From: an uncultured Bacilli bacterium
GTDB taxonomy: Bacteria; Bacillota_I; Bacilli_A; RF39; UBA660
Assembly (NCBI GenBank): GCA_944363785.1
Contig: CALVVF010000001.1
Coordinates: forward strand, 2,474 to 66,473
Length of the DNA: 64,000 nucleotides
Direction: 5' to 3'
This document shows, piece by piece, positions 1 through 10,204 of this stretch. A program made the position numbers and the translations under genes. The notes below the pieces were generated by a model. That model was not told where the DNA came from and made no database searches. It was given only the letters and a program-made list of their open reading frames with translations. Positions within the stretch are counted from its first letter, which is position 1; every line of letters begins with the position of its first letter.

Positions 1-1
1 T

Positions 2-619
2 GATCCTGTCCTACCATCTAAAGTAAAAGAAAAAACTGTAGAGATTGCTTCTTTGTATAAAGATAAACTGATGGCCTTTCAAGTACTTGCTCCGATGTAT
101 AAAACATTAAATGGTATCGATCAGTTAAATGCTTCACTACAAGAAGTATTTAATCCACCAGCTAAGAATAAAAGAGAACTTTTAATTAACGATGTATTAT
201 TTAGAGAAGAAGATAAAGTCATTCAATTATCGAATATGCCAGATGAAAATATTTTTAACGGTGACATTGGTACGATCGATGAAATCAGAGTAGTAGGATC
301 AAAAAAAGAAGTATGGATTGATTTTGATGGCAATAAAGTACGTTATACAGCAAGTAATTTTAATAAATTTAAACATGCTTATGCGATTAGTATTCATAAA
401 AGTCAGGGTAGTGAATTTGATGTTGTCGTCTTACCGATCGTTAAGGGTTATGGTAAGATGCTTTACCGTAAATTAATTTATACTGCCGTTACAAGAGCTA
501 AGAAAAAACTTTATTTAGTAGGAGAAATCGATGCTTTAAAAATGGCTATTCAAAATTATGATACTGATATTCGTCATACCTCTTTAAAAAATTTTTTAAT
601 TGAAAATATAAATGAATAA
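2..619 (+). CDS. recD2: RecD2-like SF1B DNA helicase, C-terminal part (5' truncated by window edge)
   Basis: Frame open from base 2; motifs IFNGDIG, AYAISIHKSQGSEF, LIYTAVTRAK typical of the RecD2/UvrD_C_2 C-terminus. Confidence 0.92.
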   Translation, partial: DPVLPSKVKEKTVEIASLYKDKLMAFQVLAPMYKTLNGIDQLNASLQEVFNPPAKNKRELLINDVLFREEDKVIQLSNMPDENIFNGDIGTIDEIRVVGSKKEVWIDFDGNKVRYTASNFNKFKHAYAISIHKSQGSEFDVVVLPIVKGYGKMLYRKLIYTAVTRAKKKLYLVGEIDALKMAIQNYDTDIRHTSLKNFLIENINE

Positions 620-693
620 AAATGAACAAAATCGCTCATGATATGAATGGTATAGAAATATACTGATCATATTTTTAATTAAGAGGTGATTAA

Positions 694-861
694 ATGAAAA
701 AAAGCGGTATCGTCGGTGGTGTAGCATTAGGACTTGCCCTATGTGGTTATGGGGCATGGTGTGCTTATAAAAAATATTGTCCTGAATGTGCATCTGATAT
801 GAAAAAAGATATGAAAAAAATGAGCAAAGATGTAGAGAAAAGTATTGAAAATATGATGTAG
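694..861 (+). CDS. 55-aa small membrane-anchored protein (not in ORF track): MKKSGIVGGVALGLALCGYGAWCAYKKYCPECASDMKKDMKKMSKDVEKSIENMM
   Basis: RBS GAGGTGA at 683-689, ATG 694, TAG 859-861, terminator hairpin immediately after; N-terminal hydrophobic stretch. Confidence 0.8.
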   Translation: MKKSGIVGGVALGLALCGYGAWCAYKKYCPECASDMKKDMKKMSKDVEKSIENMM

Positions 862-889
862 AAAGAGAGAATAATCTCTTTTTCTTTTT
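862..889 (+). terminator. Intrinsic terminator
   Basis: AAAGAGA-gaataa-TCTCTTT followed by T tract. Confidence 0.6.
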
Positions 890-988
890 GCCTTTTTTGG
901 TCTTTTTATTGCTTTTCAACTACTTTTGTTTTACAATGAGTATAAATAGTAGGAGAGTAGCGAAATAGTAGGAGTGAAATAAAAGAAT

Positions 989-3327
989 ATGAAAAAAAAG
1001 TTAATAGTAGGACTAAAAGAGCAATATTACTTGTTGTTTTTGTTGCTTTTGTAATTTGTTTTGTATGTTTAAGATCATCTTTTGCCTATTATAAATTAAA
1101 AGAAGAAATAAAAGATGCGATTGTATTAGAAACAATAGATTTAAATTACACTTTTACTAATTTAGATGAGAATAATACTATAACGGTACCAGCTAGTAGT
1201 GAAAAGGAAATCACGGTAACATTAAATACCAAAAATCCGATTGAGATGAAATATCAATTGTATTATTTAATTCAAAACAGTAGTGATTTTTCTAATGATG
1301 AACTTGCTTCTTTACGTGTGAATTTAAGCCCTGATTCTAAGGATAATGGTGCAGGGACGGTAGAACAATCGACTTCTAAAGAGTTTACGTTGATTCTTAA
1401 GAATCCTACTTCAAAAGATGTTGTTTATCAAATAGGAGCCCAAGGAGGCTTAATCAATCAGGAATTAGAATTAGAAAATGGTAAACCGATTGTTTTAGTA
1501 AATTATTTACGTAGTGTTGCCTATGAAAAAGATGGAACTATTTATTTAACGAGTGATGCTTTTTGGGGTTATAGAGATAAAATTACCAATGTTTCTTTTT
1601 TGACTACGACAACTCCGCCTACTTCTTATAAAGAAAGCTTCGATGTCAGCGCTGCCCAGGATAAAAGTGTTATCGCTTATTTAATTCCTAATGAAGGTAG
1701 TGATACTTATCGAGTAACCATTCAAGCAGATGGTAAGATTTATTTAAATGAAGATAGTAGATCGTTCTTTGAAAAATTCACCATTTTAGAAACCATTAAT
1801 GGTCTAAATAACTTAGATACTTCAAAAACAACTGATATAAGAAATATGTTTTCTGATTGTAATAATTTGACTGCTCTTGACTTAAGTACTTTTGATACTT
1901 CAAATGTTACTGACATGCAATTAATGTTTTATAATTGTTATCAGCTAACAGAAGTTAATCTTAGTAGTTTTGATACTTCTAATGTTACCAATATGCGCTA
2001 TATGTTTTTCCGTTGTCAATCTCTACTTTCTTTAGATGTTTCTAGCTTTAATACTTCAAAAGTTACAAATATGATGGGTATGTTTGGTGGAAAGAATACT
2101 GTGATGGCTTTGACTCAAATTATCGGATTAGAAAACTTTAATACATCGCAAGTGACGAATATGCAAATTATGTTTCAACGTTGCGGTAATTTGACAAAAT
2201 TAAATCTTTCTAGTTTTGATACCTCCAATGTCACGGATATGAGTAATATGTTTGCTCATTGTGTTTCTTTAATTGACCTAGACGTCAGTCACTTCAATAC
2301 AGAAAATGTTACAGATATGAGTTATATGTTTTATTACTGTAAATCATTAAGTGCTTTAAATGTCAGTGGCTTCAAAACTTCTAAAGTTACTGATATGCAG
2401 CATATGTTTCATTTTTATTCAGATACTGTAAAAGAATTAGATGTTAGTGGTTTTGATACTTCTAATGTTGTTTATATGAATCAAATGTTTCAAGGTGCAG
2501 AGGCATTAACCACGATTGATGTTAGTCATTTTAATACTTCTAAAGTAGTAAGTATGCAAAGTATGTTCCAAAACTGTTATGCTTTAACTTCCCTAGACTT
2601 ATCTTCTTTTTCTTCTGAGTCTTTAGAAAATGTGACTTACATGTTTTATAGTAATACTTCTACTAATCAACTATCTTCAATTACGTTTGGTCAAAACTTT
2701 ACTCTTTCAAATGTTACTAATATGCAATATATGTTTTATGGTTGTAGTAGTTTAACTAGTTTAGATGTAAGCAATTTTAATACCGATTTAGTTACGAGTA
2801 TGAAGAATATGTTTTATGGTTGTAGTAATCTATTAAGTTTAGATTTAAGTAATTTTAGAACTTCGAAAGTAACAGATATGAGTGGAATGTTCTATAAATG
2901 TTTTGCTCTTACAACATTAGATGTTAGCACATTTGATACCAGTCAAGTTACCAATATGAGTACTATGTTCGCAGGATATGGTCAAGCGATGAATCTAAAA
3001 GAAATAATTGGTTTAGAAAATTTTGATACTAGTCAAGTCGTTAATATGGGCACTATGTTTCAACGTTGCAGTAATTTAACGACATTGAACCTTTCTAGTT
3101 TTGATACTAGTCATGTAACGAATGTGGGTTATATGTTTAATTATTGCTCCTCATTAACTCAGCTTGATCTTAGTAAAGCAACTTTTACTCAAATTGAAAA
3201 CTATGATTATATGTTTAATTCCTCTGTTCCAGCTAGTATAACGATTACGGTAAAAGATACAATAGAACAAGCTTGGTTACAAGAAAGATTAGGTAGTGGT
3301 AAAGGAAACTTTGTGATCGCCTCATAA
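989..3327 (+). CDS. Secreted BspA/DUF285-type LRR surface protein with class-1 N-terminal module; ATG 989 is out of frame through an A8 tract (phase-off, pseudogene or sequencing error)
   Basis: Many LDxSxFDTSxVTxMxxMF repeats in 1246-3327; frame stays open upstream through a signal peptide (AILLVVFVAFVICFVCLRSSFAYYKL) with no in-frame ATG; one extra A at 992-999 would join ATG 989 to it. Confidence 0.85.
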
Positions 3328-3393
3328 AGTTTCTTTTTTTTGTTGTCTTTTCCTTTAAGACTCTTTATAATAAAAGTACTTTGGAGGGATCTT

Positions 3394-4842
3394 ATGCAGA
3401 CGGATTTAAACAAGCAAGTGGATGCGTTTTTTGAACAACATTCCATATCAGAAATCAATATAGAAAATATAAATACTTGTTTTCCTGATCTTCAAGTAGA
3501 AAATGAATATGGCAATTTATTACATGCTGCCGTTCATCATTTATATCCAGAAGAAAAAGTACTAACCTTTATGAAGTGCCTTTTAGAGCATGGTATCGAT
3601 GTCAATAAACAAGGAAAAAATACCGGGTATAGTTTTATTCACTTAGCTCTTTACGGATATACCGATGAAGAGGAAGTTGATTATTCTTATTCGACGGAAT
3701 TTATTATTCAGTTAATCCAATTAGCTATTCCTTATGGCTTTAATGTTGGAATTGTTGATTCAGACCAAGATAGTATTATTCATACCGCTTTAGCTAGTGA
3801 AGTGTATACTGGAAAAACCATCGATTTAATAGGGGTATTAGGGGATAATTATGATTATACTTGTAAGGATGATCATAATCGAAATATCTATGAAGCTCTC
3901 CTAAATTATCGAGAAGAAGCAAAACGAGAAAAAAATACGGTTTGGTATGATCGGTTAAATAGTGAAGAACAGGAAATGAAATGGCTTGTAGAATCTTCTC
4001 GTTTTTCTTTAAAAGAGACAGAAAAAAAATTGAAAGAATTAAAAGAAAAAAGTCTTATTCTTTACCAGGATATCGCTCTCGAATATTTAATGAATAATTT
4101 TTCATTCATCGCACAGTTTAAAAAAGAGATAGAACATTTTCTTTCTTTATATCATTCCCTTACTTCTGATCAAACAGAATATGATTCTTTATGGAATCCT
4201 CTTTGTACAAAGATAAGAAAAGTATTGTCCGAATCTCTCAAAGAAGTAGTAACCAAACCTACTTTCTCTAAGTTAAATCATTTAGAAACTATCTGTATAT
4301 CTTTAGATTTAGACGAGGAAAAAAAGCTTTTACAAGAAATTCACCAGGCTTATGAAGGAAAAATTTCTATTCTTAAAGAAAAGACGGCAAAAATCAGTCA
4401 CTTAAAAGAATTGTTAGAGCTAAAAGCCGAGATAGAGAAATTAGAAAAAAGTGAAGAAGAAAAGGAATTATGCTCAACGGTTGACTCAAGGATAAATAAA
4501 GTAAGTTATTTAATTAACGAAGTCCAAGGATTGACAAGTGAGCTCATTTTCCTAAGAAAATTGATTGCTCCTGATGAGGCTATTATGGAAGATCAAGATC
4601 TATGGACGATCAATGAAGAGCTTCTTTTACAGAAAAAACAATCTCTTCAACAACAGATAGAAGAAACTAAAGAATCATGCCATCAACTTCTTTCAGATAA
4701 ATTAACAGAACTAGGTACATTCATTCAAATGGTACAGGAAAATGATCTTTTAAGTGATGAGGAAATTTTATCCCTTTTTAATGAAAAAGTAGCATTAAAA
4801 CCATACGTTTTAGTTAAAAAAAATAAACCTAGGGAGTGGTGA
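3394..4842 (+). CDS. Ankyrin-repeat N-terminus plus long coiled-coil, hypothetical
   Basis: RBS GGAGG before ATG 3394; ankyrin-like GNLLHAAV, GIDVNKQGKNTGYSFIHLAL, DSIIHTAL; E/K/L-rich helical C-half. Confidence 0.7.
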   Translation: MQTDLNKQVDAFFEQHSISEINIENINTCFPDLQVENEYGNLLHAAVHHLYPEEKVLTFMKCLLEHGIDVNKQGKNTGYSFIHLALYGYTDEEEVDYSYSTEFIIQLIQLAIPYGFNVGIVDSDQDSIIHTALASEVYTGKTIDLIGVLGDNYDYTCKDDHNRNIYEALLNYREEAKREKNTVWYDRLNSEEQEMKWLVESSRFSLKETEKKLKELKEKSLILYQDIALEYLMNNFSFIAQFKKEIEHFLSLYHSLTSDQTEYDSLWNPLCTKIRKVLSESLKEVVTKPTFSKLNHLETICISLDLDEEKKLLQEIHQAYEGKISILKEKTAKISHLKELLELKAEIEKLEKSEEEKELCSTVDSRINKVSYLINEVQGLTSELIFLRKLIAPDEAIMEDQDLWTINEELLLQKKQSLQQQIEETKESCHQLLSDKLTELGTFIQMVQENDLLSDEEILSLFNEKVALKPYVLVKKNKPREW

Positions 4843-4851
4843 TAAAGAATC

Positions 4852-7800
4852 ATGATCAACATATTTGAACCTCATCTTGAAGGTGATCAACTAGAAGAAG
4901 CATATTCCACTTATCTAACAGAAATAAATGATATTTTAGAAAATTATTCTACAATGCCTACTCAGAAAATCTTTTCTGTTCTTGGTGACTTCTCCCGCTT
5001 TTATGAAATAAAGCCAGAGTGTAGAGAAGAATTAAGTGCTTACTTTAAGAAGATCATTCTTTGTTGCCAAGATAAATTTACAGACGAACAGAAATTTGAT
5101 TTACTTTTTTACTGTTTTGATGAAAAGAGTTTAGAACAATATATTCAAATCAATAATGAAGCTTTACTAGCTTACTTTAAAAGCCATATTTTTATTGATA
5201 AATCATTAGTAAATGACACGGATGAGTTGTGGGAATTTCAAATGCATTTTGATTACACTTATCCAGAAAAACATTGCCGAGTAGCATGGTGGTATCCAGA
5301 ACATTTTTATAGTTATTTAATGTATCGCTATTTTTCTAAAGAAATAAAACTATTTGTAGATAATAAAATTAACCACACGACTTCTAGAATAATATCTAAT
5401 TTAACAGTAGAACAATTATCCAACTTGCTCGATATTGATGCTTTTCTAGAAGAGGATATGAAATTTGTTTTCTCTAGTATACTGAATAAAGCAAAATTGA
5501 TCGATAGTGAAGTAGATGAATCTTTTTTGCTTTCTTTTTTTCAAAAAATAGATCTCAATGTCAGCTTACGAACTTTGAAAGAACTTTATGAAGAACCTTC
5601 ATCGATCGATTATTCTTCTCTTAGTTATGTCTATTCTACTATTTTACGCAGACTGGTTCCTGATGAAAAAGAAGAAATAGAAGAAGTAGGAGAAGTCTTT
5701 TCTATTTCCTTTTTAAAGGCATTAAATCAACTAGAACTTAGTAAATCTAGCCAACTTACCCAAAATACTTTGTATCTAAACACGTTTCGGAAATTTTTAA
5801 CAGAATTTGTTCGCCATTATCAAGATCCTATTACCGTAGATACAATTAATCTGATCGAAGCTTTGTTTAAACGAGCGATTAATAGAAAAGATATTTTTTC
5901 TATGTTGAAAATTAATAACGAGAAAAGTTTGCTTCACTATTATAAGACTGATGAAGTAGTATTATCACTTTCTTGTTCCAAAGAAGAATTAAAAAAGTAT
6001 ACGGCTAAACAGTATTTAGCACTAAGAAAAATTCTTACTTCTAAACAACCAGAAGAAGGATATACTTCTAACAAATTAAGTGATCAAGATATTTATTATT
6101 TGATTCAAGGATTAAATCTATTGGGATTTGAACTTTGTAAAAAGATCTGTTTATCTTCTAAGGGTATGCTAAAAGAAATAGTAGGATATTTAACTCATAA
6201 AGACCGAATATACGTGAAGAAAGTGAAAAAGGTTTTAGAAGAATTTGTGACTTCATCTTCCAAAAATAACATCTCTTTATCTCTATTTTTCTCTGCTTTT
6301 GATACTTTTTATTCTCAAGGATTCACTAAAATTACTTTTCCTAGATTAGAAAAAACGATTTATTCTTCAGAGTTTTTGTTACTTCCTCATAACTATTTTC
6401 TTTTTCCTTATTTAGAAAAACTGAATTTAGTGGCTAAGGGTGATCCGTTTCGTGAGAAGTTAGCGGGAATTAATTTGTATGAGGAGTATCGTCATCGTTT
6501 AACTTCTACCATTCCAGATATGAAAGGGAAATATCAGGAATGTGATTATGAAATGGTAGATTTACATAGTCCTGAAATATTATCAAATGGAATTGGCCGT
6601 TACTTGTTTCCTAATGGAGAAAAAGCTTCTAGTTGTTTGACACCTAATGGTAAAGCAGCTAGTTGTTTAAGGCATGGAGCACTTAATCCAAATGGCAGAT
6701 TTTTTAAAGTGATGCATCAAGATAAACTTATTGCGTATAGTTGGGTTTGGCGTAGTGGTGAAGTCGTTTGTTTTGATAATATTGAAATTACAGAAGAAGT
6801 ATCAAAAGTAAAAAACAGTGAGGAACTCATTTACAAAATCTATCAATTAGCCGGAGAAACTATCAGAGAAATCACTAAACAGGAAGAACAAGGCGGCGTT
6901 AAGTTGGTAGTAGTGGGAAGAAATCCTAAAGATATTTCTAATCGTTATATTGACGTTCTTCCGCAAGTAAATGATTATACAGATACTTTGTATAAACCAG
7001 ATTGTTGTACAGATAAACTTTATTTAAAGGATTCTGCTGAGAAACAAGTAATTCTTGTAGGAAAATATTCTCCGGAATTAAATATAAAAAATGGTGAAGC
7101 TACCTATCTTTATCGAAGACTTCCTGTTCGTTCTTTTTCTTCATTATCTGTTTCAGAGTTAAATAAAAAGATAAATGCGATTTATTATGAATATTGTCTT
7201 GATCGTGGACAAAAATATATTCCTCTATCTTCTAATTATAAAAGAGGGTATTTTAACGAGGATTGGTTTGTTGGCTATTTACCTGATGGGAAACAGGATT
7301 TCTACTATGTCCAAAATGATGATCGGTTATTCGAAGAGGCAAAACCATATTTGGAACAAGAAATTTCAATTGTACCAACTATTATACCAGTTATTTCTCC
7401 GATGAGTGAACAAGAAAAAAGGATTTTAGATATCCATAACTTTTCCTTTGATTCAGATAAAATACATCAATATTTACAAGAAGTAAGTAATCAGAAAGAG
7501 CTTGGCTTGGAAGAAGGCTACTCTCATACAACTAATTCTCTAAAAACATTAAATACTATTTTTCATCAAAAAGCGATTACTGCTTCTTTATATGGAAAAC
7601 ATGAAGGAGGGGGTGGCTGTAATGGAGGACACTATATTTCTGTTGCCAAAATAGGAAGTGGTGCGCATAAGAATTATGCTACTACAGGTACTATGATTTT
7701 AGAGGAAAATCTTTTTGTCCATAAAAATCAGCTACATCCTAATAAACCCAATATAGGATTTGCCTTTGCTAATAGTTCTTATCCGTATCGTTTGACTATT

Positions 7801-8001
7801 TATGATGGTGAGTATCATGTTTTTCGCTCTATTCCTATCGAAAAAGTTAAAGCTCTCTTAGCTAAACCTATGGATATGGAAAAAATTATCCAACTGCTTT
7901 ATTTAGAAGATTTATACGAAATGAATATTCCGCTTATTTCGATGAATAATAATCAAGAAATAGACAAACAGTATATCAAAAAATATAGTAAATTAAGATA
8001 A
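4852..8001 (+). CDS. Large 1049-aa hypothetical protein: helical N-half, central SC...C.RHG...SWVWR...CFDNIE domain, C-terminal ADP-ribosyltransferase-like domain
   Basis: Long ORF with RBS; C-terminal YSHTT-x-L..I...AI / YISV / GEYHV...IPIEKV motifs in ART-fold order (by eye). Confidence 0.6.
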   Translation: MINIFEPHLEGDQLEEAYSTYLTEINDILENYSTMPTQKIFSVLGDFSRFYEIKPECREELSAYFKKIILCCQDKFTDEQKFDLLFYCFDEKSLEQYIQINNEALLAYFKSHIFIDKSLVNDTDELWEFQMHFDYTYPEKHCRVAWWYPEHFYSYLMYRYFSKEIKLFVDNKINHTTSRIISNLTVEQLSNLLDIDAFLEEDMKFVFSSILNKAKLIDSEVDESFLLSFFQKIDLNVSLRTLKELYEEPSSIDYSSLSYVYSTILRRLVPDEKEEIEEVGEVFSISFLKALNQLELSKSSQLTQNTLYLNTFRKFLTEFVRHYQDPITVDTINLIEALFKRAINRKDIFSMLKINNEKSLLHYYKTDEVVLSLSCSKEELKKYTAKQYLALRKILTSKQPEEGYTSNKLSDQDIYYLIQGLNLLGFELCKKICLSSKGMLKEIVGYLTHKDRIYVKKVKKVLEEFVTSSSKNNISLSLFFSAFDTFYSQGFTKITFPRLEKTIYSSEFLLLPHNYFLFPYLEKLNLVAKGDPFREKLAGINLYEEYRHRLTSTIPDMKGKYQECDYEMVDLHSPEILSNGIGRYLFPNGEKASSCLTPNGKAASCLRHGALNPNGRFFKVMHQDKLIAYSWVWRSGEVVCFDNIEITEEVSKVKNSEELIYKIYQLAGETIREITKQEEQGGVKLVVVGRNPKDISNRYIDVLPQVNDYTDTLYKPDCCTDKLYLKDSAEKQVILVGKYSPELNIKNGEATYLYRRLPVRSFSSLSVSELNKKINAIYYEYCLDRGQKYIPLSSNYKRGYFNEDWFVGYLPDGKQDFYYVQNDDRLFEEAKPYLEQEISIVPTIIPVISPMSEQEKRILDIHNFSFDSDKIHQYLQEVSNQKELGLEEGYSHTTNSLKTLNTIFHQKAITASLYGKHEGGGGCNGGHYISVAKIGSGAHKNYATTGTMILEENLFVHKNQLHPNKPNIGFAFANSSYPYRLTIYDGEYHVFRSIPIEKVKALLAKPMDMEKIIQLLYLEDLYEMNIPLISMNNNQEIDKQYIKKYSKLR

Positions 8002-8139
8002 GTAGAATAAGTTTCTTGTATTTATCTTTTTTTCTTATTTTCCTAGTTCTGATTGCGCATTTCTTAGTTTTGACATATAATAAGAACTGTAAGTAAAACA
8101 TAGATATAAAAAAATAAATAATAGAAGGGAGAAAGCAAC

Positions 8140-9297
8140 ATGGGTGTATTTAGAAAAAAAAGTAAAGATGATGCCTTAGATTACAAAAAAATTAATGAAG
8201 GTATAACAATCGGGGTTAATCTTTTACGAATCATATTCATTTTAGCTGTAGCACTTTTAATCTTTGTATGTAGTAAATTACTTCATGATTGGGGAATACT
8301 ACCGTTTGTTAAAAAGATTTTAACCATTATCTCGCCACTTTTCATCGGTATTTTAATTGCTTGGTTAGTAGACCCGATGGTAAAAAAATTAGAGAAAAAG
8401 AAAGTCAATCGAACACTCGGTACTGTCTTTGTCTATGTTATTTTTCTAAGTGCCGTATATTTAGTATTACGTCTGATGATTCCAACGGTATGGCACCAAT
8501 TGAACGAATTAATTTCTTCGGTTCCTTCGTTCTTGAATAGTATTAAAGATTGGATCGATAATTTCTTTGATCGCTTATCTGACATATCCGGTTATGATTT
8601 AAAAGATGCTCAGGAAAATATTTATGTGATGATCAATAATTTAGGAAATTCTCTTACTGTCGGTTTACCTTCGGCGATTATGAATATTGCGGGTAGTATC
8701 GTAACCGGTGGAGCTAACTTGTTTATCGGTTTATTAATCGGCTTTTACATGTCACTGGATTTTGGTAATGTCAAAGCCCACTTATTAACCTTTGTTCCTA
8801 GGCGCTATCGTGAAGATACCAGGCACTTGATGGAACAGTTGAATGCCAATTTGCGTAGTTACGTGCACGGTACTGTACGGATCATGCTAATCTTATTTAT
8901 ATTTCAATCGATTGCCCTTGGAATTGCAGGCTTAAAAGCACCGATGATTTTCGGACTATTCTGTGCAGTTACCAATGTTATTCCTTATATCGGTCCATAT
9001 ATCGGTGGGGCACCAGCAGTTATCGTCGGTTTATCCATGAGTCCAATGACCGGAATATGTGTATTGATCGCAGTAGTCATCGCTCAACTTTTAGAAAGCA
9101 ACTTCCTACAACCGTTAGTAATGGGCAAGACTATGAAACTACACCCAGTTACTATTATGCTCGGTCTATTAGTATTTGGAAATCTCTTTGGTATTTTAGG
9201 TATGATTTTCGCAACACCAATCATTTCCATTTTCAAAACAATTTGGACATTCTTTAATGAAAAATTCTCTTTAATGGAGAAAATGACAAATCAATAA
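8140..9297 (+). CDS. AI-2E (PerM/UPF0118) family transporter
   Basis: Multi-TM; NVIPYIGP, QLLESNFLQPLVMGKTMKLHP, GILGMIFATP. Confidence 0.93.
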   Translation: MGVFRKKSKDDALDYKKINEGITIGVNLLRIIFILAVALLIFVCSKLLHDWGILPFVKKILTIISPLFIGILIAWLVDPMVKKLEKKKVNRTLGTVFVYVIFLSAVYLVLRLMIPTVWHQLNELISSVPSFLNSIKDWIDNFFDRLSDISGYDLKDAQENIYVMINNLGNSLTVGLPSAIMNIAGSIVTGGANLFIGLLIGFYMSLDFGNVKAHLLTFVPRRYREDTRHLMEQLNANLRSYVHGTVRIMLILFIFQSIALGIAGLKAPMIFGLFCAVTNVIPYIGPYIGGAPAVIVGLSMSPMTGICVLIAVVIAQLLESNFLQPLVMGKTMKLHPVTIMLGLLVFGNLFGILGMIFATPIISIFKTIWTFFNEKFSLMEKMTNQ

Positions 9298-9363
9298 TCA
9301 CAGTAGTATAAGAAGATAGAAATAGACGAAGAAAACTTGCCAAAATTCATCGCAAAATGCCTC

Positions 9364-9392
9364 TTGCGTCTTTTTCTTTCTTTTGATATACT
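9364..9392 (+). promoter_or_regulatory. SigA-type promoter for the T-box/alaS operon
   Basis: TTGCGT-17 bp-TATACT with TG extended -10. Confidence 0.6.
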
Positions 9393-9440
9393 GGTAATAG
9401 TTTTCAACTAGAAGAAACTAGCTAATATAAGAAATAAGAT

Positions 9441-9630
9441 AAAACGTTGAAGAAGATGAGTAATATAATTTTTCTTGTTTAGAGAGCTAAGGGTTGGTGG
9501 AACTTAGTAAGAAAGTTATATGAAGCTACTTTGGAGTGAACTATCCGGTAAAAACCGTTATGCAAAAAAAAGATCTAAGTAGGATGGTACCGTGCTGTTT
9601 GGCACTCCTATATTTAGGTCTTTTGTTTTC
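9441..9630 (+). ncRNA. T-box riboswitch leader, Ala specifier (GCU)
   Basis: AGAGAG box 9481-9486, GGTGGAA loop 9496-9502, GAA-GCT specifier 9525-9527, antiterminator AGGA-TGGTACC-GTGC-tgtttg-GCAC-TCCT at 9581-9609; alaS downstream. Confidence 0.92.
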
Positions 9631-9649
9631 GCCAGAAAGAAGGGAACAA

Positions 9650-10204
9650 ATGAAAATATTTTTAGTGAGTGGTAGAGCTCGTAATGGAAAAGATACAATG
9701 AGTCGCATGATTGCCAAGAAGTATGAAGAAATGGGAAAAAAGGTTTGCTTTATTCAATTGATGCGTCCCTTAAAAGAGTATTTAAAAGACTATTTTGGAT
9801 GGGATGGTAGTGAAGAGACTAAACCAAGAGAAACACTTCAACAAATGGGAACGGAATTGATTAGAGAAGAATTAAATAAACCGCTCTTTTTTATCGATCG
9901 TTTGACGGAAGACATTGAGATTTTATCTCATTTCTTTGATGTATTTATGGTTACCGATGTTAGACTTCCTTTAGAGATAGAAGAGTTAAAGAAACGTTTT
10001 ACTAGTGCTGTTAGCATTAATATTACTAGAACTGATTATGTCGATGATTTATCTTTTGAAGAAAAGAAACATTATACGGAAACGGCATTAGATAATTATC
10101 ACGATTTCGATTATCAAGTTCTAAATACATCGTTATCGCAACTAGAAAAAGAAGTAGAGAAAATAGTAGATTGTGAGGTAAAAAAAGATGAAAAGAATGA
10201 CTAG
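9650..10204 (+). CDS. P-loop kinase, deoxynucleoside-monophosphate kinase / animal-type phosphomevalonate kinase-like
   Basis: True start ATG 9650 (upstream extension lies inside the T-box); SGRARNGKDT Walker A, RETLQQMGT, TDVRLPLE. Confidence 0.7.
   Translation: MKIFLVSGRARNGKDTMSRMIAKKYEEMGKKVCFIQLMRPLKEYLKDYFGWDGSEETKPRETLQQMGTELIREELNKPLFFIDRLTEDIEILSHFFDVFMVTDVRLPLEIEELKKRFTSAVSINITRTDYVDDLSFEEKKHYTETALDNYHDFDYQVLNTSLSQLEKEVEKIVDCEVKKDEKND

Noticed and set aside
596-919. 107-aa minus-strand ORF
   Set aside because: Antisense shadow of the 694-861 gene and its terminator; no RBS or family signal
1780-3200. Periodic GATACTTC..AAGT..C..ATATG DNA motif resembling a repeat array
   Set aside because: It is the coding periodicity of the BspA LRR units, not a CRISPR or non-coding array
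6611-6672. Short tandem similarity PNGEKASSCL / PNGKAASCL in the 1049-aa gene
   Set aside because: Only two degenerate units; treated as part of the Cys/His motif rather than a separate repeat
9536-9649. N-terminal extension of the kinase ORF given in the ORF track
   Set aside because: Overlaps the T-box antiterminator; real start is ATG 9650
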